Shown: positions 38,736 through 53,149, numbered from the whole stretch's first letter. The stretch: DNA of 63,935 nucleotides, filler included, from Choristocarpus tenellus KU-1152 (GCA_964200185.2; 12 parts of 12 records of this genome joined end to end with filler, not necessarily neighbours in it); one strand, 5' to 3'. Translations and numbers: made by a program. Notes: a model not told the origin generated them from the letters alone.

Positions 38736-40273
38736 AACTAGGGTCAAGTATCTGGGGGGGTTGTCGGCGTCCGTTTTTCACCCTTTTTTCGATTTTCACT
38801 TTCTTGNNNNNNNNNNNNNNNNNNNNNNNNNNNNNNNNNNNNNNNNNNNNTTAATTAATTAANNNNNNNNNNNNNNNNNNNNNNNNNNNNNNNNNNNNNN
38901 NNNNNNCAACAGTCAACTCAGAGCTTTGGAACAGCGAAAGTTCCAAATGTACAAACAGGGAAAAACTCGTACCCTCTAAGATACTTTCACTCTAATGCCT
39001 TCACCACATCTAACTCCTGACTCCTGGGTCAAGTCACCTACTCAAGCCTCTATACACACTGAACTCCGACCACTGTTCTCAAGCTGCCTCGTAATATTTC
39101 TGAATGCAAGGCGCAACCAAGTCTCTGGCGTACTTGGCGGCAAGCCACTCCAACATATTATGGCCCTTCCTGACTCAGAGGCTGCTCCTGCCAGTGGACA
39201 TGTGGACAAGACTGTTGAAGGTTAGAATGGAATCTGCCAATCCGTTCTCTCCTTCCCCAGTACATGTTTAGCTACAAACGAACATCTCCCTGCTATCTCT
39301 AGTGGTCCCATTACCCTCATCAACCCTCTTGTCCTCCTATCTCACGCCCACCCACATTTTGCAAACCAATGCATTGCTGCCTTATTTTCCCTCCGTAGTA
39401 GAAGTGGGTCTCCTTTCCTCTCTGCCTTATATCTACCCTTCACTGCTAGTAACTAATGCATTCACTGACAATCCCAACAGCTCCAGCAAGTGGATGGAGA
39501 TGCTTCTTTTCTCTCCCCCAACTACACTCAGTACAACTGTCACTCCCCCACTTACCCGTCTCCACGTTGTATCCCTCTACGGCTGTAAAATGAGCATCCG
39601 ATTATCAAGTCAATATTAAAACACTGGCTACTCCCTCTGTGATTTGCAGATACATTTTAGTATCATCAAGTTGTGTCGACCGTTGGCCTGTCCGCTACTA
39701 ATGGTTCCTTAGTGTGAAATTACCCCCACAATGCATGTATGTTGATGTGCACGGTATATAATCTCAACTTACCGTTGCACTCTGTGTGGTTAGCTTCAAA
39801 AACAGAGGCTGCTTCCTCCGAGATTTATAGATGCAGTTGAGTACCATCAATCAGTGTCGACCGTTGATGTTTCCACTAGTAATCCTTCTTTAGTTAATAG
39901 GTATCCCCATGGCATGCATACTGCCTTGCGTGGTTAATGATTATCACTCTGCCGTTGCACTCTGTGCATGGTTATAGCCTCATCCATTTGGCAAATGTTC
40001 CTCATCATACGAACTCACTCGATATGTAACACACCTGAGATGATTAAGAATTGAAACTGAAGTCCCTTGTACTTTTTCGTCATGGATCAAACAAATCCTG
40101 GTATCTCGTTTTGCATCACTTCATTGCAAGGTATAGCCTCTCTTCTGACTTCGAATTGACTCTGCATTAAGTGTACCAAGTACACAACTGGATGAGGTAT
40201 ACGCAAAGTAAATACATCCACAACCTCCTCCCACAGAGTATGCAAAGTCTCTACTCAGACCATGCATCACTTT

Positions 40274-40930
40274 AGGTCAAAGTATCTGGAAGGGGGATGC
40301 CGGCGTCCGTTTTTGACCCTTTTTCGATTTTCATTTTTTGGTGTGATTTGGTTGCACATGTCGGATTTGAAATATGGGCAATAAAAAGAAAAAGTTGGTT
40401 AGGTTCTCTTCTGTCCTTGCGTACGCACGAGGAATGGGAATATATGCCACAATTTATTTGGGCTTGGTTGGGAGTTTCGACGTTTGCATGTGTCGGATTT
40501 CGAATGTGTTGAAGCAGGCTTATTGATTGGTGTATGTTGGTCGTACAGTTAGGATGAAGAATAAGAGATATGTCACTGGTTGTTTCAGGGTTAGTTATTG
40601 ATTTATTTGGTTGCATGAGTGGGATTTGGTTAGCACATTAAGAGGGCTGGCAGTTAGGGCCTGTTGTCCCAGTGTCAGCACGAGGAATTGAAAAAAAGAC
40701 CATGGACTGTTTCGAGGTTAGTTTTTTCGTTTATTCGCTTGCATGAGTCGTGTCTGGTATATACACAAAGAGGACTGTCAGTTAGGGTCTGTTGTCCTGG
40801 TGTGTGCACGAGGAACTAAAAAATAATCCATGTACTGTTATAAATTTAGTATTTCGTTTATTTGCTTGCATGTGTCGGATTTAGTATTACACAGGCGGGG
40901 TTGTAGGTCAGGGTGTTAGGGTTAAAGTTG
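40274..40930 (+). mobile_element. Longer AAAGTATCT-terminus element end (family C) with subterminal repeats; short starts also at 38741 and 49985
   Basis: AGGTCAAAGTATCTGG terminus. The TTGCA(T/C)(G/A)(T/A)GTCG motif recurs at ~40352, 40484, 40611, 40739 and 40866. Confidence 0.7.
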
Positions 40931-43388
40931 CTGGCATGAAGGAAGGGAAAAGGGTCAGGTTTTGTTTTCGGGTTAGTGTAGTGTTTCTTTGATATCATGT
41001 GTTGACGGATTCTTGTGTGTTCACAAAGGGTTAGTGATTGGTCCAGGTCTATTGCCGTACGTTTCGCTGGAAGTATCTTAAGATATACTTCCCTTGATCC
41101 GGGGTTAGGTTTAGTGGGTTGAATACATCCTGATGAGTTAGGGTTGGTTTGACGTAAGTAGGGTCGATGACGGCACTGGTACGTAATTCAGGTAAGACAC
41201 TTGTCTATTTTAGGTTGACACGGGATGCAGATGGGCTTAGTGTAAGTATTAGGGTAAGGTTATGGTTTGTGTCAGTGTGCAGGGGTGGCAATCCAGACCA
41301 TTCGTCAAGTTCAAGGCACGTATTTTGGTCAGGCTCAGGGTTGGTGTTGTGCTTAGGAGCATCGGGGGTGGACTTCGGGATATGTTCCTCCAAGATTTCA
41401 AGGAAGACGAGATCGGCCCTCATTTTTCGACACTTGGACAAAGCATGAGATGGTGCATAGAGTATTGAGAAGCAGGGGGGAGCTAGGTAGGGTTCAGGGA
41501 ATAATTAGCGGCTGGTAAGAAGACAACATATTCATCGTAGGTCTTGGCGAATTGATTGGAAACTTAGTGGAAAAGATGGAGAAGAGTTGTTTATAAAATA
41601 TTGTATATTTTAGTAGTCTGAACCTTGGATTGGACGCGCCCTGTTAAACAAATAAAAACATCGGTCGAATCTTCAAGATGAGTATCATATATGATACACT
41701 GACACCTCTGACCGGTAGCAATGTATCCGATACCGCTGTGTAAATGCATAACCCATCGGATGGAAACTGCATTAACACCAAGGCAAGGTACACTGATGCA
41801 CGAATCAGACACAAGTAAGTCGATCTGTACTTCAACAAAAAACTGAGACGACTGAAGCTCTATCAGCCAAAGTATCTTAGAGGGTAGGGTAGCGTCCATT
41901 TGGGGACCAAAATCTAAAGTTCCGATTTGGATGAAATTTTGACTATTGTATTTTGTTTGGAAGTGTCAATATCCTTGTTCCAGACACACCTTTTCATAGC
42001 ATACACACTTTACCTACTCCGCACTACTATTGAGTAGGANNNNNNNNNNNNNNNNNNNNNNNNNNNNNNNNNNNNNNNNNNNNTTAATTAATTAANNNNN
42101 NNNNNNNNNNNNNNNNNNNNNNNNNNNNNNNNNNNNNNNCCAGGAAGAAGGGCACTTTTCGCGAGATTTTTTTCGCGCGCGCCAAACTCGCGTGAATATA
42201 TCTGGGATTTTGTGCCAAATCTCCCGAATATGAGGATTCCGGTACAAAATCCTATTCTTTTAGCATGTCGAAAACATTCGGTACAAAATTGAGTATTTTT
42301 GATTTGGTTCATAATATTTGGCCCAAAATAGGGTAACCTGCTGTACCTGTACTCTGTCCTGTCGATGGGTATACAACGAAACGCCCGACCAAGATCAAGG
42401 TGGAAACTTCAAGGTGGGTATACCATGAGATTCGAGGGAGGATAGGATACATGTCCTGTCTATGGCTATACCACGAAAATACCTGACCAAGATCAAGGTG
42501 GAAACTTTAAGGTGGGCATACCACAAGATTCGAGGGAGGAGATGGAGCGACATGGTGGGAGTGCCAAAGCCAATGCGCAAGAAGCAAGGCAATAATGGAA
42601 GCAGTATAAACAATAGTAGTGCAATGGCTTGACAGTACTTTGTACTTGGAATTGATAGGATAGGAGTGCTGCAGTGTGTAGTGCCTCCTACCACGAGTCA
42701 GGATAATCCCCAGACTACTATGAAGACGATACAATAGTGCTTTTACAATGTTTTTCAACTATGCTCTACTCTTCGTCGTACTATAATATGTGAGGTGATA
42801 TTAGTAGTAATAAAGAAATAGAGGTTTATAGAGGCAGAGACGAAAACTGGAGGATAGTTATAAACTCTCAACACCAGATACCAAACCAGTTGCTTAGACA
42901 TTCTTCAAAGATTGATTAGACCTACACATTTTTGCTAGAAGAAAAGCCGGTAATCATGCTCCTCAATGACACCCACCTACAGATCCTGGATACAATAACA
43001 GGATATATGACATGTCTTCGGGGAAATAGTGCATCTATCTCTGGAACGAGGTGCACAGCTTGATAAAAGAGCTTGACGACGAGGGGGAACAATTGGAATA
43101 AACCCAAACGCCATACTGGATCAGGACAAGTTGCAAAGACATGATTCGAGAAGGGGACAACGTTTTTCCCTTAATATTCACTACAGGGAAATTGGACTAA
43201 GGCCAAGTCAGGATCTTCTCTGATTATTATCCGACAACTAGCTACTGTGCATTTTACACTTCATAGTTTGATATCATGTGGTAGCCTTCTACCATGGTTC
43301 AACCTTGCTATCTGCTCTTATAGGCTATGTATGGACCACAGCAGTATTAACAGTAGTCGTGTTACTCATTATTGCAACACCTCAACAT

Positions 43389-43560
43389 GACCCAAAGTAT
43401 CTGGGGGGGGGGGCCTACACCAGGTTGTACATTTGGGGCAAAATCGGGAAAAGTGCATTTACGTTATCCATCCGATGTATGCACTCAAATCACTCAAAAA
43501 TCGCGACATGAAAAAATTGACCCCAAATGGACGGCCGCCCCCCCCCAGATACTTTGAGCC
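43389..43560. mobile_element. MITE family A, complete copy (172 bp)
   Basis: GACCCAAAGTATCTGGGGG...CCCCCAGATACTTTGAGCC with 4-bp TSD ACAT. Confidence 0.92.
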
Positions 43561-45033
43561 ACATCAAGCTATTTCAAAAGTACTTTGTACCAGACAAGTA
43601 ACTATGGCACACCCCTCTTGGTTGTTTCTTGATATTTCTTATTTCTTGCTTGTCTGTTTCTTTCTAGTACCAACACTGTTCTTGAACACAGTCCTGAAGT
43701 TCATGACCTTTGTTCGCTAGGTTGAGAATGTGCCCCCACTATCTCCCAAGGCATTGATGTGTTACATTGGGAACCATATCACAAAACAACCTACCAATCA
43801 ATCCTTGACCAACACATCAGAAATATGATGCGATTGATGCTTGTTTCCTCTCACATTTCGGGGTGAGCTGCATTTTTCTTCTTTCCTACTTTCCACCAAA
43901 GGTCAACGTTGTCTTCCCAGTCTCAGTAAAAACCAAATCTGCCTAGTGTGGAGGGGGTGGGGGATTAGACCCCCCCCCCCCAGATACTTCGAGCCATGTG
44001 TGCTTGTTGGCTGAGAAAGGGGAAAAGAGGTGCTGTATGAAACAAGAGAATGGATTTAGGAAGCAGAAGTCACACCAGAAAAGACCTAAGTCCGATTTTG
44101 GTTCTCTGTCCTTCTAAATGAAGAAGGAACTTTTATTGTATGATCTCTTTGCTGTATCTCTATGATGCACTCAAAAATAGCAAAACGCACTAAGTTCGCA
44201 ATTTGGTCTAGGGTCATATCTTGCAGTATGTTGCTGTGTATCAAGTAGTAGGGCTTTCCAAAAAGAACAATGAGCCAAGCTTCTGTAACAAGTAAGATGC
44301 AACTCTATCCATCCTGTTTGCAGTACAACAACTAATGGTGGACTAAAAATGTGTAAGCCCAACCACTCACACCACTGATCCACTCGAAGCATGTCCTGCC
44401 CTCTTACTAGGCATCCATCCCAAATGATCATTTCCACTCATGGATGTGTATGTAATTAATTATTTCAAGCAATGCAATCGCCATCAGCTCACCAATTCAA
44501 AAGGGACAAGGTGTGAGATGGAGCACCCATAAACAAAATACCATTTTGTTGTTCTACAAAACTAATGTTTACTCTCATTTCCTGTATATATGTGTGTGTG
44601 TGTGTGTGTGTAATTCTCGAATGAAAAAATACAATTTAAATGACCACAAAGCCTGACGTTGAACTGACTTGCACTATACAGGACTTGAGTGCCATAGTCC
44701 CATCTATTTGAAATTGTGCCTAAACGTACCAGTCCCTGTCAGATACATAACTAAACAGCAAACAATATATATCCTAGCCCATTTTGCAAGTGCATATACC
44801 CTAAAGGCGCAACAAAGTGCCCCCCACGCAGCAAAGTGCCCCCCAAGTCATAGATAGCTGTTGAGGGATGTGAAAATAGAATAATTTGTGGCAGCGAATC
44901 ATCATGTGTAGGCATCTACTACCAACAATTATGATATCAGATCTACCATTATGAGAACTTCAAATATTGCCATGGCTTGGAAGCAGTGCCCTTGATGTAT
45001 AACTGCCACAGGTATCATAGCCCTCAATCTTAT

Positions 45034-47070
45034 TCAGTGAATACCATTAATGGAATTGTGATGATTTGTTGCAAAACTATATCTCTGCTTGCCGTAAGTA
45101 TTGCGTCTGACTGGTCGGTTCTCCTTCCACTCCCCACTGTACAGGGCTGTACCATCTGCCTTCCACATGACCCCCTGTGTTATTTAAATAGAGAAGGACA
45201 GGCAGACAACAAGGGGTCAGGAAGAGAAGGCACACTAGTCCTAGAAAGCTTGGATATAGCTATCTGTGAAGGGTACACACAAAACGTAAATATACGGTAA
45301 TCAACACAACGCAATGCACAGCAACCCATAGGTAATAGGATTCTCACCTAGTCCAAATCCACAGGTAAACCCAATACAATTACTACAGACTGGCTCACTT
45401 CAACAGAAAAACAGCACTTGGTTGCATGGAGTGTTAAGCAATAAACACCTACTCCAACATAAAACACTCGAGTAGCAACACATGCTATTGGACAACTCGT
45501 CGAGAAAACTGGAAGTTTTGTAACAATTTATACATTGGTCAACAAGTGTACATAGGGTGTACCTGGCCGTGCCTCCTGTTTTTGCGGAAATTTCCCACGT
45601 ACTCACATCCCGGTATTCTATCTTGCCCTGCCACCATTCGCAACCAAAAACGGATTAGTCGCGTCCAAGTTCTCCGGGCAGTGATTGGTACTTTGCATGG
45701 TGAAACACATCCAATAGAATTTCAAAATCTGTACTCATGTACCTGGGCGGTGTCGACTAGGGTAGCTACTTCTTGTGACATGGAGTCAAGTTATCTAAGA
45801 GGGTAGAGCTGTGTCCATTTGGGGGAAAAATTCAAATGTTGCGATTTTGATATAATTATGGCTATCGTATTTGTTAGGAAGTGTCAATATCCTTGTCTCA
45901 AACTCACCGTTTCATAATGTAATAAGAAACCCGTGGGAAGCTAAGCCCCAAACGGACAAACAGGGCAAAACTTGTATCCTCTAAGATACTTTCACCCTTG
46001 TGCAATAGGGTATGACGAGCTGAGGCACACCACACACATCACTAGGAAAGTGTTTTCTTTAGGGCCAGGGTTGACTATATGATGTGTACAAACGAAAATG
46101 ATCTCTTATTTCCACCTGGATCCCTCTCTTCTTAAGGACGTTTTGTTAGCGGATACCATATATTACCACTTATGTGATATTGGGTTCATCCAGGGTGCAT
46201 TAGTTCTTTTTGACATGGAAGATCAATGAAAATACATACCTTACCATCCTTGCGGTCATCCCTCCACGCTCCGTTGTATGTCCGACCGTCAATATATGTT
46301 TTCTTCCCCTGCAAAACGTGTCAATCAGTATAGGTAGGGTTGTCATGCATATTTATTTTCCAAATACAAGGGGCAGGCAGCTGATGTGTCAACCTCTAAA
46401 CAATTTCTTCGTATCCACAAAGTCAATGGCAAATTCAGAATATAGTATATCAGCTCCAAATATTATTCCTAGTCATGTTTCACTGGCTGGTGTTGAAGAA
46501 TAGTTGACACTCAGTCAGTAGGCTACTCCTCTTTTCGACACACTCACCTGACCTTCCCTCCTGTCATCCCGAAATTGACCGATGTAAACACCATCAGCAT
46601 CTTTCATTGTGCCCTGCAGAAATCGTGATATCCAAGGGGACAGGGACCATAAAAACGAACGCAAGAGCATGGCACATTGCAGAAACTGAAAGAATGCAAC
46701 AGATGCCTTGAGCAAGATCCCCTATAGAACAACAAGCATTGTTTCTTGTCAAACGACTGAGATCAATCAGTTTTCCATCTTTCCGCTGTCACAGTCCCAT
46801 GGTGCAGTAAGTTGATCGACACTGACTGAGAAATGCCATGATCTAAGCCGTGTATCACTAGGCATTTCAGAGGAGTCGAGAATGTACCCGAACAGGCCAG
46901 AAGTTCTTGCATCGGGGCTTTTCTCTATCAAACTACTCCAGCCCTAACTAATTGTCTCCAATAAAATATTTAGGTGATCGAGTGAATGTGCCAGAAGTCA
47001 CCTTGCCATACTTCCTTCCGTCCTTCCACTGCCCTGTATACATATCACCATTGGAGTACGTCATGTTACC
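45034..47070 (-). CDS. MORN-repeat protein, 3' exons: 47002-47070, 46548-46613, 46240-46308, 45563-45627 and terminal exon 45034-45174
   Basis: GT-AG exons encode GNMTYSNGDMYTGQWKDGRKYGK / GTMKDADGVYIGQFRDDRREGQ / GKKTYIDGRTYNGAWRDDRKDGK / GKIEYRD.EYVGNFRKNRRHGQ / GVMWKADGTALYSGEWKENRP..., matching the MORN consensus. Confidence 0.9.
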
Positions 47071-47636
47071 CTGTAGGTGAAGCAGCAGTGGAGGGTCGAC
47101 TTTTGCTAGGGCAAAACATACATGGCCTGCAGCTCTGGGTCAAAACTAGAAAAGGGCTTGGATACTGTATCAAGAGAGGACTTCAGGTGTGACTGGAACC
47201 GCAGCACATAACAACGAAATAGATTGACCCAAAGTATCTGGGAGGGGGGGAGGGGTCTACANNNNNNNNNNNNNNNNNNNNNNNNNNNNNNNNNNNNNNN
47301 NNNNNTTAATTAATTAANNNNNNNNNNNNNNNNNNNNNNNNNNNNNNNNNNNNNNNNNNNNCCCTTGCCTGTCTCGTGTGCCGTCGTCGCCTTCCTCCAT
47401 CACCTCCACAACCCCATCCCCTCCTCCTTCAACATATCCGCTGGGTATTGTCCACTGGGTGCTCAATATCACTATATTACAACTATTGTCCCACCATATC
47501 ACTCGTAATGGCCCATTGGCCCACTATAATGTACCACTATGCACGTCACTACTTTGTATTGTACCGAACCAAAGATAAACGTACATGAAACCTGTGTATA
47601 CTTGTATCAGCGTACACAATGTAAGGATAACACTAG

Positions 47637-49323
47637 GTTATTCGACAGGGAATCGACCTGACTTTGGACCCAAATGATTTTTGTCACAATGTGTGCTCCA
47701 CGATGGAACAGGCTGGCGGCACTTCGCTATGGTCTCTAGAGAAGATAATGAAGGTAGCAGACTCAGCTGGAGCCACCGCAAATTCTTTGATGGGGATGTG
47801 TGAAAGGGGTTCTCTTCGCCTTGAAATACACCAAGTACGGGCACAGATGCCCAAAGCTCGGGAGGCCTAGATCTATCCCCATGAAACACCACCAAAATGT
47901 AGCTTTCGTGGAGGACTAATGGCCACTCTCCCTATCCTCCTAGCAAGTCAAGAAGGGCGGAATGAAGTGTTTTTTCCCACGCAATTTGTGTGAGCCTCCC
48001 AGTCCAGGTCCGAGGATTGAAAGACTTGGCAGGTACTATTTAGCAATGCTGAGTAGGCTGGGCAGGAACAACAATGCCTACCCCCTTTCTCGCGGAGATC
48101 CATACTCTAGCAGTTCATGATGCCAGGATCACGAGGAGGACACAGTATGAAATCACCCGCTTCTTTCTGAACAGTATCCGTTTCGACTCCTTTCGGACGC
48201 AACTGAGCAACCTTCTGGATGATGCAAAGGGAAAGAGGAGAGAAAGTCCTTCGCTAGCACTAGCCTACCATTGGAACCAGTGCGGACAAGGGGTCAACGC
48301 ATGGGCCCCCATACAACCACTGGAACCAGTACACTGGATTCCTCCTGTAGAGGTTAAACTCAATGCCAGCAGATAAGCCAAAGTATCTTAGAGGGTAGAG
48401 CCGTGTCCATTTGAGGGCCATATTCCAATGTTGCAATCTCAATGTAATTTTGGCTATCGTATTTGTTAGGAAGTGTAAATATCCTTGTTCCGGTCATACC
48501 TTTTCATAACGCATACATTGTACCTACTCCGAAAAAATTTGGAGTAGGAAAATGTCATTAAAAAAAGGCATGCGAAGACAAGCCTCAAATGGACAAACAG
48601 GGCAAAACTCGTACCCTCTAAGATACTTTCACTCTTCTTATTTTTGCATTGTTGCAACTTTTCTTTGCTTTTGTGCGATCACCTTGTCTCTTGCTCTGAA
48701 TATATGTCGTATACCCTTCATGGGGCCTGCGACACAGTTTCTACAGTATTGCAAATGATAGTGTACACTCGTTTGATTTATGAGTTTATTAGCTACCCGA
48801 TATCCTTGAGTAGTCATCGCGCCAGTGTACACTCACGCAATCCCATACCACGCCTCCAAGCCCCAGCTTGGACAGATCCTGGCGAAGTGTCAAGTTCACA
48901 TGCACAACTTCAGCACCTTGTGCCTTCGTTCTTCCTCCCAGGACGAATCGAACGATTGTAGAGCTCTTGCAGGCGGACAAGAAATCAACACCCAAGGTAG
49001 GCGAATCTTTCATCGAGCACTTTTTACTGAATATCTCTCTCCATGAGCGAAGAAAGCAACCTTCCATCGGATCAACCCAATCTCCTGATTTACTGAGTAC
49101 ATCTACAGGTACATTCATCCGTAAGATATCTATATGGTGCCACTCTTGTGCCCCTCATTGGTGTTGTGCCCATCTAGGGACCCTGAACCCTATTTGTCTA
49201 CACAATATGTGGGCACTTCAAATCACACACAACATCATTTTGGTTTATCGTCAATATGAACGGTTTCATTTGCGGGATGACTACGGTGTCATTGAGGGAC
49301 AACGGAAAGGATCAGTTTGGATG
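47637..49323 (+). CDS. Possible host exons (~47637-47753, ~48942-49108, ~49178-49323), unknown product
   Basis: Open CpG-retaining segments bounded by ag/gt. Phase continuity was not verified. Confidence 0.25.
47850..48372 (+). mobile_element. RLE non-LTR retrotransposon internal fragment, interrupted by MITE B
   Basis: EIHTLAVHDARITRRTQYEITRFFLNSIRFDSFRTQL is homologous to ORF 54601-54894. Confidence 0.7.
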
Positions 49324-51094
49324 TGGTGAGTTCGAATCTTTTCCACGTCACACTTTTTTCTACTGAAATATGGTTTCGATTTCATCCATGCCATTCCTTT
49401 TGGCAAGCACAAGAGAATATAAACCTCTACCCCCGTACTATGATATCCTGGCTACCTGCATTATGATATCCTGTCGGTGACTATACCACTAAAATAATCC
49501 TGTTAAAGACCGAGGTGGAAACTTCGAGGGGGTTTAGTAAAAGATTCTTGTTAGGAGACCAAGCAAAGAACAGTGAGAGTGCTGAACCCAAGAAGCAAGG
49601 CAGAAACGGAGTGAGTACGATTGTTAGTAGCCGTAATGCAACAGTTAGTCAGTAGTTGGTGCGAAAAGTAGCGTAGTGTGCAGTGCCCCTGATCGAAAGT
49701 ATCTTAGAGGGTACGAGTTTTGCCCTGTTTGTCCATTTGGGGCTTGGCTTCCCATGTTATTTTTATGACATTTTTCTACTCCAAAATGTTTCGGAGTAGG
49801 TAAAATGTGTTTGTTACGAAAATGTGTGTCCAGAACAAGGATATTGGCACTTCCTAGCAAACACGATAGGAGTGAAATTACCTCAGAGGGTAATAATTTT
49901 GCCCTGTTTGTCCATTTGGGACTTGGCTTCCCATGGAGTATTCTTATGACATTTTCCTACTACTCCAAAATGTTTCGGGGTAAGGGGTCAAAGTATCTGG
50001 GAGGAGGGGGTGGTTTGTGGGGGGGCGTCCGTTTCGGATAAACAACTTTTTTCGNNNNNNNNNNNNNNNNNNNNNNNNNNNNNNNNNNNNNNNNNNNNTT
50101 AATTAATTAANNNNNNNNNNNNNNNNNNNNNNNNNNNNNNNNNNNNNNNNNNNNTTGGTCCAAAATGGACACTCTGGTGTAGCCCCCCCCCCCCCAGATA
50201 CTTTGGGATGTACCTCTAATAGGGCAGCAATAGATCAGTAGAATATACGGTAGTGCGTTTCATGGGGATAGGCGACTCGATCAGGGAGGAGATCACAATA
50301 TTAGCTTGTCTGGTTGATGCTATTTTTACACTACACGTGTAAGTAGAGATATATAGATTAATTATTAAATCAGCCTGACCCCTCCCTGCAACAAATCCTT
50401 GGAAAAAAAACATGATCACAGATGTCTTTGCAAATAATAAATATACTGTATCACCTCTCCAGGAGGATAACATAAATGCAGAAAAAGTTATCCAGTCTTT
50501 TTAGTGCCATAATACATACTCCATCTCATCCTCTCCCTATCAATAAAAATAGAAACGATATCTCAAACAAAAGTTGGTCCAGGCAGCAGGGTTGTGGTAG
50601 CAGTGTGAGGGGTTGACTATCTTGACCCTTGGAGGCAAAGTATCTTAGAGGGTAGAGCCGCGTCCATTTGAGGGCCAACATCCAATGTTGCGATTTTGAT
50701 GTAATTTTGGTTACCTTGTTTGTTTGGAAGTGTCAATATCCATGTTCCGGACATACCTTGTCATAACATATACACATTACCTACTCCTAAGCATTTTGGA
50801 CTAGGAAAATGTCATAAAAGAACTCTTGGAAAGTCAAGTCCCAAATGGACAAACAAGGCAAAACTCCTACCCTCTAAGATACTTTCACTCTTGAGCAACC
50901 TCTGGCGAGCCTCGAACTTGTCTGTTGCCCTTGTTCGCGATATTGGAATACTGGGATACTGATCTCTGATCATGAATACTCCAAGATAGTTTGAAGAGCT
51001 AAGTAGACTCCTGAGATTTTTCCCTCATTTACGAGTTGAGGAGAAACTGTAGAACGAATAAGCTCCTGTCTTCCTGGTACCAAGTCCTTGTACC

Positions 51095-51268
51095 TGACGA
51101 GGTTCGATGTCCAAGAAGTGAGTGAGTTCCTCGCACAGGTTGATCTGGCTTTGGTTTTTCGCATCTTCTTCTTCACCAATCATCATGATGTCAGGAAGCG
51201 ACGATCTCCCCTGCTGCTTAGGCATCCTGCCTTGAGGACTGACTATTGAGGTGTTCGTGTGGACTGGA
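51095..51268 (-). CDS. Possible isolated host exon
   Basis: Open frame ...SLPDIMMIGEEEDAKNQSQINLCEELTHFLDIEPRQ ending at cag|gtac. Confidence 0.3.
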
Positions 51269-52764
51269 CAGTAGGAACTTGACAACCTCTACCTCTGTTT
51301 ACGTGTAGCACCCGCGCGCGCACACACGCATACACACACAGGTTGTCACGTATGTACAATTCCATTCCTAGCGGTCAAAGTCTAGTGAAATACCACTGTT
51401 TGCCCATCAAACGGACAAAAAGAATGCTCTTCAAGCCAGCACCTGACATAAACTTTTCGCTCAAGTCGGGCGGCTCTGTACACCTTTGTCAAGAAAATAA
51501 TCGATGTCTCTGCTACCGATACCACCGACTTCACCATTTAAGTCATTGAAATTTTCCGCGAAGCAGTCTTTCAGAATTCCAGATTCCCCTCATCTACGTA
51601 CTGCATAAAGCTAAGTGTACTTATACTCATCCATCCATCCGTTTGTCAGACTGTACGTTACCAGTACCGACTCTCATCCTCGACTGTATGCTCACACGTG
51701 CACTCAGCCTAATGACTCCTGGTAAAGGTATGCACATCTAGGACAATGCAATGCTCACATGACACCACATAACATTTGAATTTTGCACAAGACAGAGCGT
51801 TTTGCGGACCACCAACGTCGTACGGGAAATGCTCCCAACTATTTACTAATCAACAAATGGATATTTCAGAGCGTTCGAACTCTACAGTTTGTTGAACAAA
51901 TAATGCATCTTCATGTTCAACAAACTACTAAACCCCATTTATGGTCTGTAATATTACATACCATATATAGGGTTTTCGAATTCTGAAGGGGATGCATAAT
52001 TTATCGGAGATCCTGGCATTTTGGAGGACCTTTTGAATGAATCTAAAGGGCTTTCACAGTTTGACAGAAAATCCAACCTTTTGCATGCCAGAACAGGTTG
52101 TTCTTTGAACGCCTCAGGCCTTCAATTGTTAAGAAGAAAAAAAAAGTGTCACAAGAAATATATAGGAGGACCTCATGTTGTTGATGATACCTATGTTAAA
52201 TAAAAAGACCTTCAAAAGCACAATCTATGAAGGTGTGCGTGTGTGGTACTGTGGCAAATACAATAATACTATTAATAGGAGGGTATGCTACTATATATTG
52301 CGCTTGTTTTAATGTCGACTTTTACGGAGTCCAAAATGCAGTAAGTGTATCAGTATCACAATAAATCAGTCCTTCTGGCAGAGCCCCAGACAAATAGTAA
52401 TGGTGAGCACTTGTACAAGGGTGTGTGTGTGTGAGAGAGAGAGAGAGAAGCAAGAGGCCTGAGCACCGACTGTGTGTAGCAAGATCAGTGTGGTCTTAGC
52501 GCGCTCAGAACAAAGAGTCAGTGACAGTGGCATCAGAGAGTCGATGCATGTAATCGATTGTATTCATGATCCCCGTTATCGTTTTCTTAATTCTCTCTCT
52601 TGTTCAATGATCCCCCAATTCCTGTATGGAAAGGATTGATAAACGAAGGGATTTTGTCAAATGTTTTAGAGGGAAATTAATGTTAAGGAGGTAGGCGATT
52701 AGGAACCTCGAAGCACCTACGGTATCCATCCATTTATACTTCCAAATTAAGGTATTGCCCCCTT

Positions 52765-53003
52765 GAGTGAAAGTATCTTAGAGGGGTACAAGTTTTGCCC
52801 TTTTTGTCCGTTTGGGGCTTGGCTTCCCAAGGGTTTTTTTATGACGTAATCCTACTCCAAACTGTATACGTTATGAAAAGTGTGTCCGAACAAGGCTATT
52901 GACACTTCCTAACAAACACAATAGCCAAAACTATATCAAAATCGGAACATTGTATTTTGGCCCCCAAATGGACGCAACTCTACCCTCTAAGATACTTTGG
53001 CTC
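52765..53003. mobile_element. MITE family B, complete copy
   Basis: GAGTGAAAGTATCTTAGAGG...CCTCTAAGATACTTTGGCTC with 4-bp TSD CCTT. Confidence 0.92.
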
Positions 53004-53149
53004 CCTTAGCAAATAGATACAGTACAGTACCATGAATTGCTACTGTTGGTTGTGTTGATTCGTCTAGCAGTACTGGTCTTTTAGTACATCAATCTTGCAC
53101 CATTCTGCGCAGTATGTTAACACGACCGTTTTTGTATGCGTAACAATAG

